From Podospora anserina (Eukaryota): 64,000 nucleotides of DNA. This document shows, piece by piece, positions 12,683 to 26,600 of this stretch; positions within the stretch are counted from its first letter, which is position 1, and the number at the start of each line of letters is the position of its first letter. The stretch lies in the NCBI GenBank assembly GCA_017654855.1, contig CM030334.1:620001-684000 (forward strand), read 5' to 3'. The position numbers and the translations under genes were made by a program. The notes below the pieces were generated by a model. That model was given only the letters and a program-made list of their open reading frames with translations, was not told the origin of the DNA and searched no databases.

Positions 12683-13699
12683 AGTTCGCACTCGACTTTT
12701 ACCATATACCCCCCGGGGGCTTTACAAGGCCTTGCCCCCTCCAACACGCAGATATGTCAGGGTCTGACCTGGAAGTTGAAGATTTGGCTGCGTTTTGCAA
12801 AGAAACGTGCTCACGCCCATACAAAACAGGGCAAAATCGGCCACCAGCCTACCGTCAGTGCGGGTAGCTGTGGGCCCACAGGGCCGCTATTTTTATAGGG
12901 CATTTATAGGGCCTTCAGTAGCCTAAATCCAAAATTTAGGTCATTTTAAGCTACCGTAGCGTCCGATGCAAGGCTTCGAAGCTGATTTTGTACTAAGTAG
13001 ATCCTCGGGGGTGCCGGGTAGGTGTGTTGCAGCTGTCTTCGCCGTAGCTACCGGTCCTTTCGGAACTAAACGCTTGTAGTATTACAGCAGTAACCTACTG
13101 TAAAATAGGCCTGATAGAGACCCATTTTTAACAGTTAATCAGCCGAATAGTTATACTCAGTAAATTATATTTGTTTTAGATTAAAAATTAATTGAAGATT
13201 TGGAATATATGAAAAACATTCTGAAAAAATTAATATAACCCGTATTAATAAATTATATACTTCAGCCCCATAGGAATATTAATATACACATATATATATA
13301 TATTAAAACATATTAACCACTTGTTTCAAGGATTTAATATAAGAAAATATTTAAATAAAGAGCTAGATAGATATCATAATTAACATAAACTATTCTACCG
13401 GTTTTAAAATTAAATGTAATAATATTAGTTCATTTAAATCGTCTCTATAATCAAAATAATATTAGTGTTATTGAAGAGAGTAAACAGCTTATTTTTTAGA
13501 AAATATCTTTACTCTATCAATTATATTTGTTTATTTATAAAACAAGAATACATCATTGAGCTTAATAAGTAATAGATCTTTATTTACTTTTACGACTTGA
13601 TAGGAAGACTATTGATTATTCTGTAGAATATACAATTGCTTATATTATAAAGTTTTTTATAAACTCGGGTTATATTAAGGTTATCTTTATTTTAAAAAG

Positions 13700-15450
13700 C
13701 TTTTTAGATAAAGGCTTTAGATTCATATGTCGGTAAAAATAATACTTATTACAGCGGTAGCTCTATTACTGGTCTACTTGGATAATAGTTAGGTATTAGG
13801 GCCCTATTTTCCAAACTTAGTAAGTAAAGTTATACAACATAAGTAGGTAAATATACTATTTGTAATGTAAATAAAATCCCTCCAAAAAAATTAAATTGTT
13901 TATGATTGTTTCTTTTGTATTACAATAAAAGTAGTTTTTATATTTATTGAATATAGCATTTATCTTATTATTATGTAGTGAATCATTAAAAAGAAAAATA
14001 TGATCGGACGTGACGCAAAATATGAAAATAGTAGCTATACCTACTATTAAAACGGTAAAATAAAATGACGAGTAGCGAGGGGTTAAAATAGCTCCGAAGG
14101 TAATATTATAAGTCTTTAAGAAAGCTATCTAAAAAAAACCTGATTTTTCCATTATTAAAAAACTTATTAATATAATGAGTTACTACATTAACATTAAAAG
14201 GATATAGTACTAATATAACACTATTCTTTATTAAATATTGAAGAACGTTGCTTATTTACTATGAAGTTAAATTATGGGGTACTAAAAATTATGTTATATT
14301 TAAAACTATATTTATTCTTATTATACTATCAAAGTTAAACGACTTTCGTAATCTAAAAGTCATGTTACTTTTTTTTTGAAGGGCCGGTTATTAATAATCA
14401 TTAAGCAAATATCTATAATTATAATATACTTCAACTTTTTATGCTTAAATAGATTTGAATTAATAGCTTTTCACGTATTTTGGTGTTACGTTGGTAGTTG
14501 GATAAAAACTATCGTTAAAAGAGGTATATCAGGACTTTAATTAGTATTACTATATAAATCAAAAAATTTAAATAAAGACTACAATAATGAAACTAAACAT
14601 AAAATTTACAATTTTAATTTGTGTAAAAGGAAAGATGTAATATTAAGGTAGTATAAGGTTAGAGAAAAGAAGTAAATTCGGTTAAATATTAAACGTAATA
14701 AAAATATTTAGAAAAGTTAATACGCTACTTCATTTTCTAGAAAAAAGCTCTTTACTTATAGAGACTTAATTAGTTAAGTCTTGATCAATATTTTTATTAT
14801 TATTGTATATAATGATAATCTATATTTACAAATTTAAAGATAGTATTAAGATTAATTTAAGTTACATAAGTGAGTCGGACTTTATTCATAGCAATACTTA
14901 ATTATGTTATAATAATTCCTTGTAAGAATGAAAAATACTACAAAGTTTTATAATAAATACATAAATATTGAAAGCTCTGAATTTTTTGTTTAATATTTTC
15001 AATTTTAATGATAAAATCTTTATTGTTAAATTAACTATTGATTATGTGATATTATAAGAGAAAGGTATAAAATCAATTTTAAGGGTTTAATTTTGAAGAA
15101 TTAAAATCCATATGTTAATAATTATTAGTTTAAGATAAGAAAATTATTGTCATAAAGTATAATCAAACTAATAAGCTTTATATTTCTCGGTTGATACCGT
15201 ACCATAAATAGCTTGAAAATAGGATAGATTATTAGTTAATGTTTTCATAATTAATTTAAAATAAATAAATAGGTTACAATTATTACCAGAAAATTAACAA
15301 AAGAAATTTCATAATTATACTTTTTGGGGAAAGATGAATATTAACAGCATTCAATTACAATATGAAAAGGTTTAAATAAAACTTTTATAAATCAAAGTTC
15401 AAATTAATTCAATTAAAGTTGAAAATAACAATTTAAATGATGAGTATTAT
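13700..15450 (+). mobile_element. Highly degraded Ty3/Gypsy pol fragment (RNase H-integrase region); boundaries approximate
   Basis: TATTTTGGTGTTACG near 14476 reads as a relic (H)FGVT of the integrase zinc-binding motif. Little else is readable. Confidence 0.35.
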
Positions 15451-16203
15451 TATAAAACTTCAAAACCTTTTCTATTAAGTTTCTATATTTTATCACGGCA
15501 CTAGCATGTAACTTGTCGGGTAAGTTTGGGCGCATAGGCTATATAGCCTTTAGGGCTCAAAAAGCAATTCTAGGTAATTAAAACTCAGCTTGGCTCGCTA
15601 GATTAAAAACCGTACTTATATAAACTTATCGATACTTTCTTTGTTTTTTCCATGATTTATAATTTATTCAATTAATTGATATGAACTCTTATCTATGTTG
15701 TTTTAATAAAGCTTTACTTTCTACAATCATTGTAGGTTTTCGTATACTTTAAAAAATTACATTTTACTTCATAGTAATGCTTAAATATAATGTCTCGAAT
15801 TGCTTTTTAATTACCTTACTGGTTAATCAACGATGTCCGTCAACTGTATAAGTTTTAATTGTAATGAACTAAAATCATAATGCTTAATTCTGAATTCAAA
15901 TACTAAGAAAGAATATTATACTTATTAAACCTAATACAACCGCCTTGAAAATTTTAATGATTAAAGAGTAAATTTAATATAGCGTCACGATTATTGTAAA
16001 TTAAAATGAGCCTTTGAAACAAATATTAAATTTAACATAACTTCCGAAATTGTAATATTTCTGTATATATTATTCCAACCATTAAATAACATAACACCAA
16101 AGCTGTTGAAATAATAATGATAATAATAATTAAGATAGAAATAATATTAGTTATATATTTATCTTTTAATATGAAGAAACATTTGATTATATTATGACCA
16201 ACT

Positions 16204-16286
16204 TAATATTGAATAATAGTGAATAATATTGAAAAATAGTGAATAATATTGAATAATAGTGAATAATATTGAATAATATTGAATAA
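16204..16286 (+). repeat. Minisatellite, ~8 copies of 10-bp GAATAATA(G/T)T
   Basis: Directly visible: gaataatagt gaataatatt gaaaaatagt gaataatatt gaataatagt gaataatatt gaataatatt. Confidence 0.9.
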
Positions 16287-19200
16287 AGCTTTATATTGTT
16301 TTATGAAACAGTGTGAAGAATTTTGATTAAAAAATATTACTACCTAATATTACAATCAATTTAAAAGCTCCACTTTTTTATTAAGACTTTGGTTTAAAAA
16401 AGTTAAGAACTGACTTTTAATGGTTTAATAATTTATAATTGATTATTAAACAATAAAGTAGAAAGTTAAACAAAAGATTTTAAGAAACGCTAGATACGTA
16501 AAATATAACGCTTTAATAGTAGCCTTACTTGCATTACTAAAATAAAAAACATAGGTTTAACAACGGGAGGCTTTTAAAGCCCAAAGCGAGGGTAGTATTT
16601 CTTCATGCCCTTAATAGGGTACCGAAAAATACGTTTCTACTCTATTAAGTCGAAATAAATAGAATAATATATAGTTGTAATTTAGGCCGCCGCTAATAAA
16701 TGGAAAGTTAAGTTTTTTACTGTTAAAATGAAGTATTTGAAGTTTGGAAGGTAGTTTAATTAGGTGAAGAAAAAGGTGTTTTGGGTAGGGGTTGTAACAG
16801 AAAAAAATAGGACGACACGAAGATAATAAGTAAAAGTATTTTTGGTTTATTGTCGAAAGTTACTAATGATATTGAGAAGGTTAGCGCATAAGTGTATTTA
16901 TATCTCTAAAAACCCCGCTTTATCTCTGGTCCTGCTCCTGAAGACTTAACCAGTTCGGCTCCCACGAGTATTTATTAAGTACATTACTACCTATGCTTAA
17001 TTTTTGTTTTAAAAGTTAAGGATAGATTATATCATAATAAGTATTATTATATAATTAATCATATAATCATTGATAATAAAAAAGTTCCTTAAAAACACTA
17101 AAATACTATATAATTCAAATTATCGTATCGTTATTGTCAACGAAAAACCTATAGACAGACATAAATAAACAAAACAATCTAATTATATAATTTGTTAATT
17201 TTATTACTAAATATATATACGTATGTAGAACACATAAATCTTTAGATTTACATATAAATCCAAGGCTGATAGCAAACATCCTAAAGAGATTGGTATTATA
17301 TTCTCCAATAAGTAAATAATTAAACGATTTATTATATATTCATCAAGGAAGTTTATATTTTAGAAAGAAATTATAAGTAAATTATAACTTATAATAAAGT
17401 TTTGCGTTTAACAAAAAACTTAAAATTATCGCCCACATAACCAAAGTAAGCTAGTGTATTAACTACCGAGAAAGAATTATAATATACGTATATCAAATTT
17501 CGATAATTTCCTGCCGCTACTTTTGTTAATTTTAACCGTTATAAAAAACTCCTATATCATAAATCTCTTAATAGTCTAAACTAAATCATATGATTAGAAC
17601 AATAAACCCTTGCTATTATTTTAACAACATTAAAACGCTAAAGTTAATCCTAACACTTAATATCATTAAATGAACCTGAACATTAATAAAAAAATTTCTT
17701 TTTCAACATTAACTTAATTATAATCAATGTTTTCAATAATATATAATATCTTTTAAAATTTTGGACTACATTAATACTTGTTCATAAACGAGCTTTCCGT
17801 AAAAAACATTGATAATGATTAAAAAGTAATAAAAATAAGGCCTTGAAATTAGAATCGGTACTTTTTTCGAATGAAAATAACATGAAAAATGAAAAATATA
17901 TCATGTACGGATTTATTTATTTAAAAATGAAAGTATACTTTATCAATCCTTCTTATCATTGAAGACTTGCATAATATAATTATATAAAGTAAAAATAAAA
18001 TAAATAGAAAAAGTACTTTGAAACTGAAATTAATACTATTTGTTATTTCCTAAATATATGAAAACCAAGGAAGTATTTTAACCAAAAAATAACATTAATA
18101 ATTGATTAGAGAATTTAAAAATCCAAAAAAAGGAATGTAATATCCCCGCCCAATGATTACACAATCCGCGCTAAGTTGGTGACATTTTTTCAGACGTTTG
18201 AAATTATATTAATATAGAAAGTTTAAGTAGATAAATTTATAGTATTAAAATGTAGATTTTTCAAGTATTTTTAAAACCGGTGAATTAATAAAGAAATTTG
18301 TAAAATGTGATAAAAAAATCTACCAGCCTAAAAATACCTACAATTAGTACCCATTAACACGAGATTATATAAAATAGTATTATAACCGAACCTTTAATGC
18401 CATAGTAGTTAAAGTTGCTAAGTTGATTAAAACAATGAATAAAAAAGGACTCTATTAATATAAATAATCTGTAAACTCAATAGGTTTATTCAAAACAGAC
18501 AATAATAAGAAATAATTATTGAGATACTTCCCGACACCAAAATTGAACTCAACTTAACACTATAATTTATTTAAAATATTTCAAGAAAATGATCCCATAC
18601 TTTCCAACTACATTATCTTTATAATTGCTATTTAATATGAAAAGTAAGTACAATATTAAAGATTTGCATTACAATATATTATTTAAAATTTTAATCAATA
18701 ACTAAACTACTTATAAGTTCCATGGCACAAGAATACATAATGAAAGTTAAAGAAAAAAACTATATACCCCTTTAAATAAGCCTAATACTGTTTTATAATA
18801 AAATAAATAAAAAGAATACTTTTATATGATAAGTACCGGAAATTTAAACTATTATGAAAAATACTAATACCTCTGTCCTTCAATTGATGAAGCTAGAACT
18901 TATATTAGATAAATCAACATCTTTATAAAACCTGATATTTACGAGGTTTTTAATGATACATACACATAATAAAATTCTAACGACTTTCCGCATAAAGTAT
19001 GGAATTTATAATCACAAAAATATAATTGAATAAGTACTTCGTTTACTTTTTAATAATATACTAATCAAGTTTTGGTAGAATATTCAACCGTATTTTGTTA
19101 TATTTGTATAAATACTGTTTTGATTGACTGAAATAGTAAAATGGTGTTGTAACTTTATATAAAATAAATATTAAGGACACTTTAATAATTTGAAATATAG

Positions 19201-20996
19201 GTTATTGTTAGGAAAAAAAATTGTATATTAGGTTTTACTGTTAATTGATCCAGAAAAAGAATATCATGAACAATGAAATATTACAGATAAATATTGAACT
19301 TTTATAACTTTTACTACTACTTTATACCAGCGTATTACTAAATTGATTAGCCTTTAACGAGCTTATTAAAAAATGGCTTATAAATAGTGTTTTTTATTTT
19401 ACAAAACCTTGACAAAATTAAAGTAAGATTCACTTAAATCCCTAATCCTTTATTACTTTTATATACATGTTATGAACAAATTGGAAGACTAATATTTTTC
19501 ATGAAATATTCATTCATATATGATTATAGGAATTTGAAATATTTTATGGTATTCTTTTTTTAAACAACAGCAAGTATAGGACATAATCATTTTATTTTTT
19601 TAAAAAACATTAACTATAATAAAATCCTCAAAAATATAAGAAACAAAATATATTTATTGACAAAGTATACGTTCTGAAATAGTAATAAATTATAAGCCCT
19701 TAAAATATTTTTTTAATAAATAATTGATAAATATAAGTGAGTAAAACCAATATATTAAACAATACTTCGATATTTCAATTTGATATACCGCTTAAAAATA
19801 TAAAGTATATTAACAGCTAAAAACTTTATAAAAAAGTACGCCTTATTCTATAGTACTATTTTAGGTAATTCCAAAAGATGTCGTATATTTACCGGAATTA
19901 GAAATAGAATATACTCTATTAACGAAATTCAAATTATAAAAAGGAAAAACATTATTAATTTTAAAATATCTCTATAATCTTTAATCAACAAAAACCTTAC
20001 TAGTATTATTCTCTTTAAAAGTATAACTAACTCCTTTTACAAATAGTACAGTAAAACAATATACAAAGCAAGAATAAATTTACCTTCTAAGCTAATTTAA
20101 TACTGAGATAGAAAAAATGTTTAATAACTTTTTTAAAAAATGCTGTATATGTATTAATATGATGCTTACTTTGCTCTACATATAATCCTTATCCTTTTTA
20201 ATATCTTCGTTACTCCTTATAATATCCTCTATACATTAATCTTTAACTTTCTTGCCATCTTCATGACTTCTTTGTATTTATACTAAATTTACCAGGATAA
20301 CTATAATAACATAAAATATTAGGTTTCGATTACATTAGAATAATTTGAGTTTTAAACCTAAATTTTGAAATCATAATAAAATAGCATATATAGTTTTCTG
20401 ATAAATATGAATCTACTTCAATTTTACTACTACTTACTGTATGTCTTTGATAGTTTCAATATTCTAAGTTAACTTTTGAATATATTTCAATATATCAAGT
20501 TTTTATGTTTTACTATATCAATACTTTTTATGTTTTTATAGTTGACTTTCTTTTTAAAAAGAAAGTGCCGGGGACCAGCGTAAAATAGTGAAATAGTAAG
20601 CTTATCCACTATTAAGTCGACAAAGTAAGACTCAAGTAACAAAAGGCTAAATAGCCGCAAAGCGTGGCGTTACAGGCCCTTTAAAAAGCTACGTAAAAGG
20701 ATATACTTTTCTTATTATATAACTAAATATTAATAATGAAAAGGTTTATAGTTGCTTATATTGTTCCTTGAATATATATCTACAACACAGTATTAAATAA
20801 TCCTTTCTACTTATAAATACCTTATTAATTAAGATTCTATAAAGATAAATCTCTTGTAAAGGTCAAAATAAAAATATTTCAAATATTTACATATTAATAT
20901 TTCTAACTATCTTTTGTATTTTCGATAATTGATTGACTATATGTTGTTTTATTAATTTTATACTACTTTAATATTATACCTTTCCCTTTCACATTA

Positions 20997-22856
20997 ACGT
21001 ACTTTATAAACGAGTCGGTCATATAAGTGGGTCGGTCACTTTTGACCACCCTTCGAATACCATCCTCCATTATAATACAACGAAACTATCAACCAACTAT
21101 AGCACATCAGAAACAGCTGAGTCTGAGGCATCTGCAGCCTCCTGGCAAGTGCGCGCATTATGGCCAGGCTTGCCGTATACACCACAGCACTGAGTCTTCG
21201 TACGAGACCCCCGTGTACCACCACCACTTTGTCGATTTTCCTGGATTAGCTGCTCGCCCACGGCCTTCTGATCCAGTAGATCCTGTGCCTCTTGTACAGT
21301 AAGTGACCCTCCAAGCCTCACACGTGTTTTTCTGGCTCTCCGGCGCTTGCTTAGTGCCTCATTGGCCTTACGGAGCGAAGAGACCTCTGCACGAAGGAGA
21401 GCCACCTGGTGCATCATAGCCGTTATACCCTTAGTAAGCTGGTCTACCGCAGCTAGCATTAAAGTCGGGGAGCTATTTTGATGGTTAGTAATGCGAGTCT
21501 TAATAAGCGTTAACTGTAAGTTAGCTTCTCGGGGGTTTTATAGTGTCTGGAACACCTAAGGTTGTGGAGTGCCGGGCCGTAAGGTCGGAGATATTAACGT
21601 ACGAAGCTTTATACTTAGTTTAGAAAGTATCCTTTTAGGATTGTACGGTATAAGGTTAGTACCCGTAAAGCTACCTTATATATTCTTCTCTATTTAGAGG
21701 CAAAAAAAGCTTCGCGGAAGGTATAAAGAAACTCGAGCTTACTTATATAATTAATATATATACGTATTCAGTCCTCGATCCAACGACCGTACGCCTATTT
21801 TAGCGGCCCAAAGCAACTAATATCGAGTAGCTAGAGGAGGTAAAAGGAATATAAAGGTATATAAACCGTAATAATATTATTCTATTAATAGTGGTACTTA
21901 AATTCGGTCGAGTAATGATTTTTATAGCCGTCGAGGATTAATAACCGGTATTTACTTTTTATATAGAATACTATATAATAATCAAAGTATTTAATTTAAT
22001 TTAAGCTTATTATATTAATAATTTAATTATTATTAATAATTATAATACGTTAAGTAAATAATAAATTATATTTAGTATATTAATTAATAAAATAGTATTA
22101 CGTAATTAAAATAATAAACGGAGGGATAGTTTAGCCGAGGATATTAATTCTTTAGATTACCGTTATCCATTCGCGATTATTAAACTAAACTAATTTCGCT
22201 TTATTAAGGCCGTCCGAAATTATAATTACTATACCCACGAAAATAATATTTATTATAAACCTAATCTCGTCGAAATTATAAATATCGTTATTTATAATAC
22301 TATATTTAACTTTAATATTCTATACGAATATAAACTACTCGGTAATAACCTTTGGATCTTCGCATTTGGTTCTTTAGTAGTCGTATCTACGCGTAAAACA
22401 CGTACGGAGCTGTGGCTAGCGTTTAACGAAGTTGTATGCCCAGAGCTTGCCAATAGGGAGCGCGTCGCGTACGCGCAGCAGTTGGTTAGCCATATCTTCC
22501 ACACTACGCAATTTTAGTGGAAAAACTCGCTCATATAGCTCAATAACGTATTAAACAATAGAATCCTCTTCGGATTAAGTGAGCTTCTTCGATTTGGGCG
22601 TAGTATTACGTCGTGCAAGCCGGCCGGCGCGTCGGTCACGGAGGGTTGAGAATGGTATGTTATATAGCTTTGCTGCGGCTCGGAGGCTTAATTTCGGAGT
22701 CTTTTGAATAGCTTCAAGAGCTAAGATTATCCTGGCTTCATTTAAGGTAGGAGGCATGTTGGGTTGTAGAGAAAGTTGATGTTGAGTGTAGGAGGACGCG
22801 TCGCGGTCGAGAAGTGACCGGCCCACTTATATGACCGACTCGCTTATAAAGTACGT
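20997..22856 (-). mobile_element. Tc1/mariner-superfamily pogo (Fot1/Pot-like) DNA transposon, full length 1860 bp, TA TSD
   Basis: ~45-bp TIRs ACGTACTTTATAA(A/G)CGAGTCGGTCATATAAGTGGG(T/C)CGGTCACTT at both ends, flanked by TA at 20995-20996 and 22857-22858. Confidence 0.95.
21097..22757 (-). pseudogene. Fot1/pogo-type DDD transposase, RIP-inactivated
   Basis: N-terminal psq-type HTH (SLRAAAKLYNIPFSTLRDRRAG) and C-terminal ANEALSKRRRARKTRVRLGGSLT followed by a CCHC-knuckle relic (CGVYGKPGHNARTC). The centre is full of stop codons. Confidence 0.92.
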
Positions 22857-23248
22857 TAACCGAACATATAGATTCTATATTTATTTGAAATATTTTAAAC
22901 TATATAATAATATTCATAATTCCTTTAGTAGCTTCGAGGCTTTTATAAACCTTTTGAAACTATACTGTCCATTTGATTACTAATTTAAAGCCGAAATAGA
23001 TTAAAGCTATTGATTTAATTTCATTAAAAGTAAAAAATGGTAAGTATAATTTAATGATAAATACTTATTGAGTAATGATTAATAACTAGCTTTTTAAAAG
23101 CTAGGGTAATATAAAATTTAGATTACATAGGTTATTTAGCATTATAATATAATGGAAATAAATATAAATTTTTAGTACGGTATAGTATTTAAAATATCGG
23201 AATTTAATGTTATAGTAGATAGTACGTTTTTCTAATATTTAATAGAGA

Positions 23249-23651
23249 TGTCATAAGTTAGTTAACCCCGCGGTAAGTCGCATAGTATGTGGCGCGCGGG
23301 GAGTCCCAAACTAATCATTAAAGAGATAGGAGGCAACAGTCGGAGCAGGCCAGGAGTGCCACGGCGCCAAGATACGCGAAGACTCTCTAGGGTACAAGAT
23401 GCTCGCGGTAATCGAAGGCATAGCACGACGAGCACTCTGCAAGATGCAAGATACTAGGAGTGATCGGGGCCGGAGTGGGTTGAGCACCTCATGGTCCCGC
23501 AGTATACAATACAAGTCACATTTGTTAGTATTACATTATTGTGATTGAGACAATCCATTATTATGTACTATTTAGCTACATCGAACCAATTATCTAGTAG
23601 CATTTTCGACTAACTATCCCTCTCAGAGGTTCTGGATTGGGGTTCGTCACA
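23249..23651 (+). mobile_element. LTR C: solo LTR (U3 type gamma) of the main family
   Basis: TGTCATAAG...GGGGTTCGTCACA termini. TSD AGAGA/AAAGA differs by one G-to-A change. Similarity to the other LTRs starts only at CCGCAGTAT. Confidence 0.85.
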
Positions 23652-23699
23652 AAAGAGTAATATTATATTAATATTATATTCTTATAATACTAATTTAAT

Positions 23700-26600
23700 G
23701 ATCTAGAATCATAAAACGTTTTTAATATAATTGAACAAACCAATTTTATTAGCCTTTTCAATGGTTTAGAATACTGTTATTCGGAGTTATTTTAGCCCTT
23801 TATTACCTTACATTTTATTTATCGTTTTAATAATAAGTAAAACCAATATCTTCATATTTTACCCCGGTGTTTTCTTTTATTATTTATTAAAAATAGTTTA
23901 TAACCATAAGCTTCTTTACCTTGGCCTTTATATAAAACCTTCTATCTATAATAACCTAACCAACTACGGTTTTATAAGTAGAAACAAATTTAACTTATAT
24001 ATCAATCTATTATATGTTTTTTGATATTTCATCAGCCTACATTATAATAATTACTTTTGGTGTATTATGAGGCGTCACCTCTATAATTTATCTTCTTTAG
24101 CAAGCTATTACTATTAAATACTATAATTAAAGGTTTTTCTACTTTTAAAATACTACGCTAGTAACTATTTATGCCTACACTTCATGGGTCATAGTTGTAT
24201 CTATTTTATAGAGACTATTATGTAAAATATATGCATGAAAAATGATGATTTTATTTTTAGATATTCTATTTCGATTATTAAGATTTTAGAATTAAATGAA
24301 AATAAATTTATATTATACTTTTTTATTTGAAATAAGCCAATGGAAAGTAGATATTATAAGTATATATCTTTTTATCACAACAATAATATATATTATTACA
24401 ATCCCTCAAAAAGTTTTATGGGAACAATAAATTTGTACGATTAATCAAGCTTCTATAAATAGGGCTTTCTGTAACGTATAGCTTTTACGGCTCATAAGTA
24501 TATCCTATATGTTAATTCTTTTTTAAGTATCTTTCACTATCAAATTAAGAACACCTTTACCTAGAATTTTTATATTATCCTAATATCTCTCTTTATTATT
24601 ACGCTTTCCTTCAAATACTTTCTTTGATCAGATTATTCTATAAACCTTTTATATTTAACATGGTAATCAGAACTTTAACATTATTTTTATTAATTACAGT
24701 TTACATTATTATCATTGATTGATTATTTTTTTTCAATGTAATTTTCCTTTAAAGAAACTATAGTTTAGTTTATGAAATACAGCTAAATAGTATAAAGTAA
24801 TAATATTTAATTAAACTTTACTTATTCATATGTTACTAATACCATTAGGGAATCATAAAGTAAGGAATTAAATAATACGGATTAGTTCATTATTTTTGTG
24901 ATTGGGATTTATAAGCGTAGAAAGGATAGAGGCTTACTAATTTATATTTCTTTAAATATTTATGATAGTAAATTATTATAATCTTCTATATGATACAAAT
25001 AGTTTTCTGGAGTTTAAGAGTTTTTCAGAAAGCGGGACCTGATTTTCAATATTGTTTTAAAAATTTTAAAATATTATTTTTATTTACGGCTTTATGAATT
25101 TTTCCTATCAAATTAAAAATTTTTGTCTGGTATAGAAGTTAAGATTATTATTAATGTATAATATTTAATTCATTAAAGGTTTCTTAATTTTTCTTTCAAT
25201 TTTTAACTAAAACTATAGAAAATATAAAATAAATGAAGTAAATAATCTAGGTCGAACTTATTATCTTTGGAATTATTAAAGTTATTAATAGTATTATTCA
25301 TTTCTTTCGATATATTAATCCAAAGTAGGGTTGCATTATCATTATAAAAATCATTAGAGCAAGGAGGATAGTATTAGTTATTATTACTTCAAAGACATTC
25401 TTCTTAAGAAAATTAATATAGTTTTCTCATAAATTAATATAATAATAGACATTTTTGTATCTTTATTATTTGAATGCTTTTATGGATTCATCATTATATC
25501 TATTGTTAAAATCTTGAAGTTATATTCGGTTCTTTTTAACAACCTTTTTGAACTTTATTAATATTAATAGCTTTGATATTCTTAGTTTATACCGTTAGGC
25601 TTTAAAAATTAACATTTAAACTTCTTCATGAATATTAAATATTTTTAAAAATACTTAATTAAACTTTTCAAACAAATTAAGGTAAAAGGTATATAATGTA
25701 TTATCTATTGGAAGCTACTGAATTGTCAATTAATATAATCTTATTACATATAAAATATTTGATCTAAACAGTCTATACTTATATATACGAATTGAATTTT
25801 CAAGGATTTTAAGTTAATTAATGATGTATTCCAGAAATATATTATACAAGAAAGAATTGATATATTATTATTTACCTATTTAAATATAGTTTTGATTGTT
25901 TTTACACTTTAGTAATGTAATGAATTACTTTATTTCAAAGTCACCTATTCCAATATTCTTTATTTATATAGTTTCTAAAGAATTTGTATAAGTCTTGATA
26001 TATTTCAAAAGTATAGTATATTTTTAAAACCATTTTGATGTATAAATTTAATTAATGGTATTTATCTTAAATAAAATACTCAATAAAGTTTATATCTGCA
26101 TTATATTTCTCGAACAAATACATAGCATAAGAATATTGTAATCTAGATTATAAGGTATGTTATTATTCTTTCACTTATACTTTTAGTTTTTATATATCTT
26201 TAAAAGCATTAAAATAGAAGAGTTTGGCTTGAAATTAATATTACTTATCTTCCATTAATGTTGCAAGCTATTAGGGTTATAGAAACAGTTTTAACATTAA
26301 AAAGTACGTTAAGTTTATTTTATTTCTAGTATAGTCTTTTATATTTATTACACGTTTCACATAAATTAATTAAGGATTAATAAAAAGAAGATTGAGGAGG
26401 TGCATTGAATAATTGTATTATCATCATTTCTGAATATTAGACGAGTATAGTTTTTCAACTAATATAAAGCAAGATATAACAAAAAAAAGGGCGATTCGAA
26501 ATCTTTAAATTGGGGCTGTGTTTAGTTTAATTTTATATTGACTTTATTTAATATTACGAAGGACTTATAACTATTAATGATTATAAAAGATTTTCTGAAT

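Larger units (their letters stand above)
17000..23248 (+). mobile_element. Old degraded Ty3/Gypsy internal region (RT-RNase H-integrase), interrupted by the pogo element; boundaries approximate
   Basis: Relic RT motifs ATCTTTATAAAACCTGATATT (~IFTKLDI, ~18920) and ACGACTTTCCGCATAAAGTATGGA (~TTFRTKYG, ~18980). RNase H relic GATTATAGGAATTTGAAATATTTTATG (~DHRNLEYFM, ~19520). Confidence 0.7.

Noticed and set aside
12184-12867. Short ORFs over LTR A/B (likewise at 37228, 49262, 57420, 60395) sharing YIRRNWLV or YTEELA
   Set aside because: These are translations of the conserved non-coding TATA/R core of the LTRs.
15491-15761. Possible old LTR (TATCACGGCAC start, TATATAAA)
   Set aside because: No clear 3' end, TSD or second copy in the window.
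16204-16286. CRISPR-like array
   Set aside because: Simple tandem repeat without spacers, in a eukaryotic context.
13200-16900. Starship captain (tyrosine recombinase) or mitochondrial/plasmid insertion
   Set aside because: No supporting motifs, tRNA/rRNA or long ORFs were found; the readable relics are retroelement-like.
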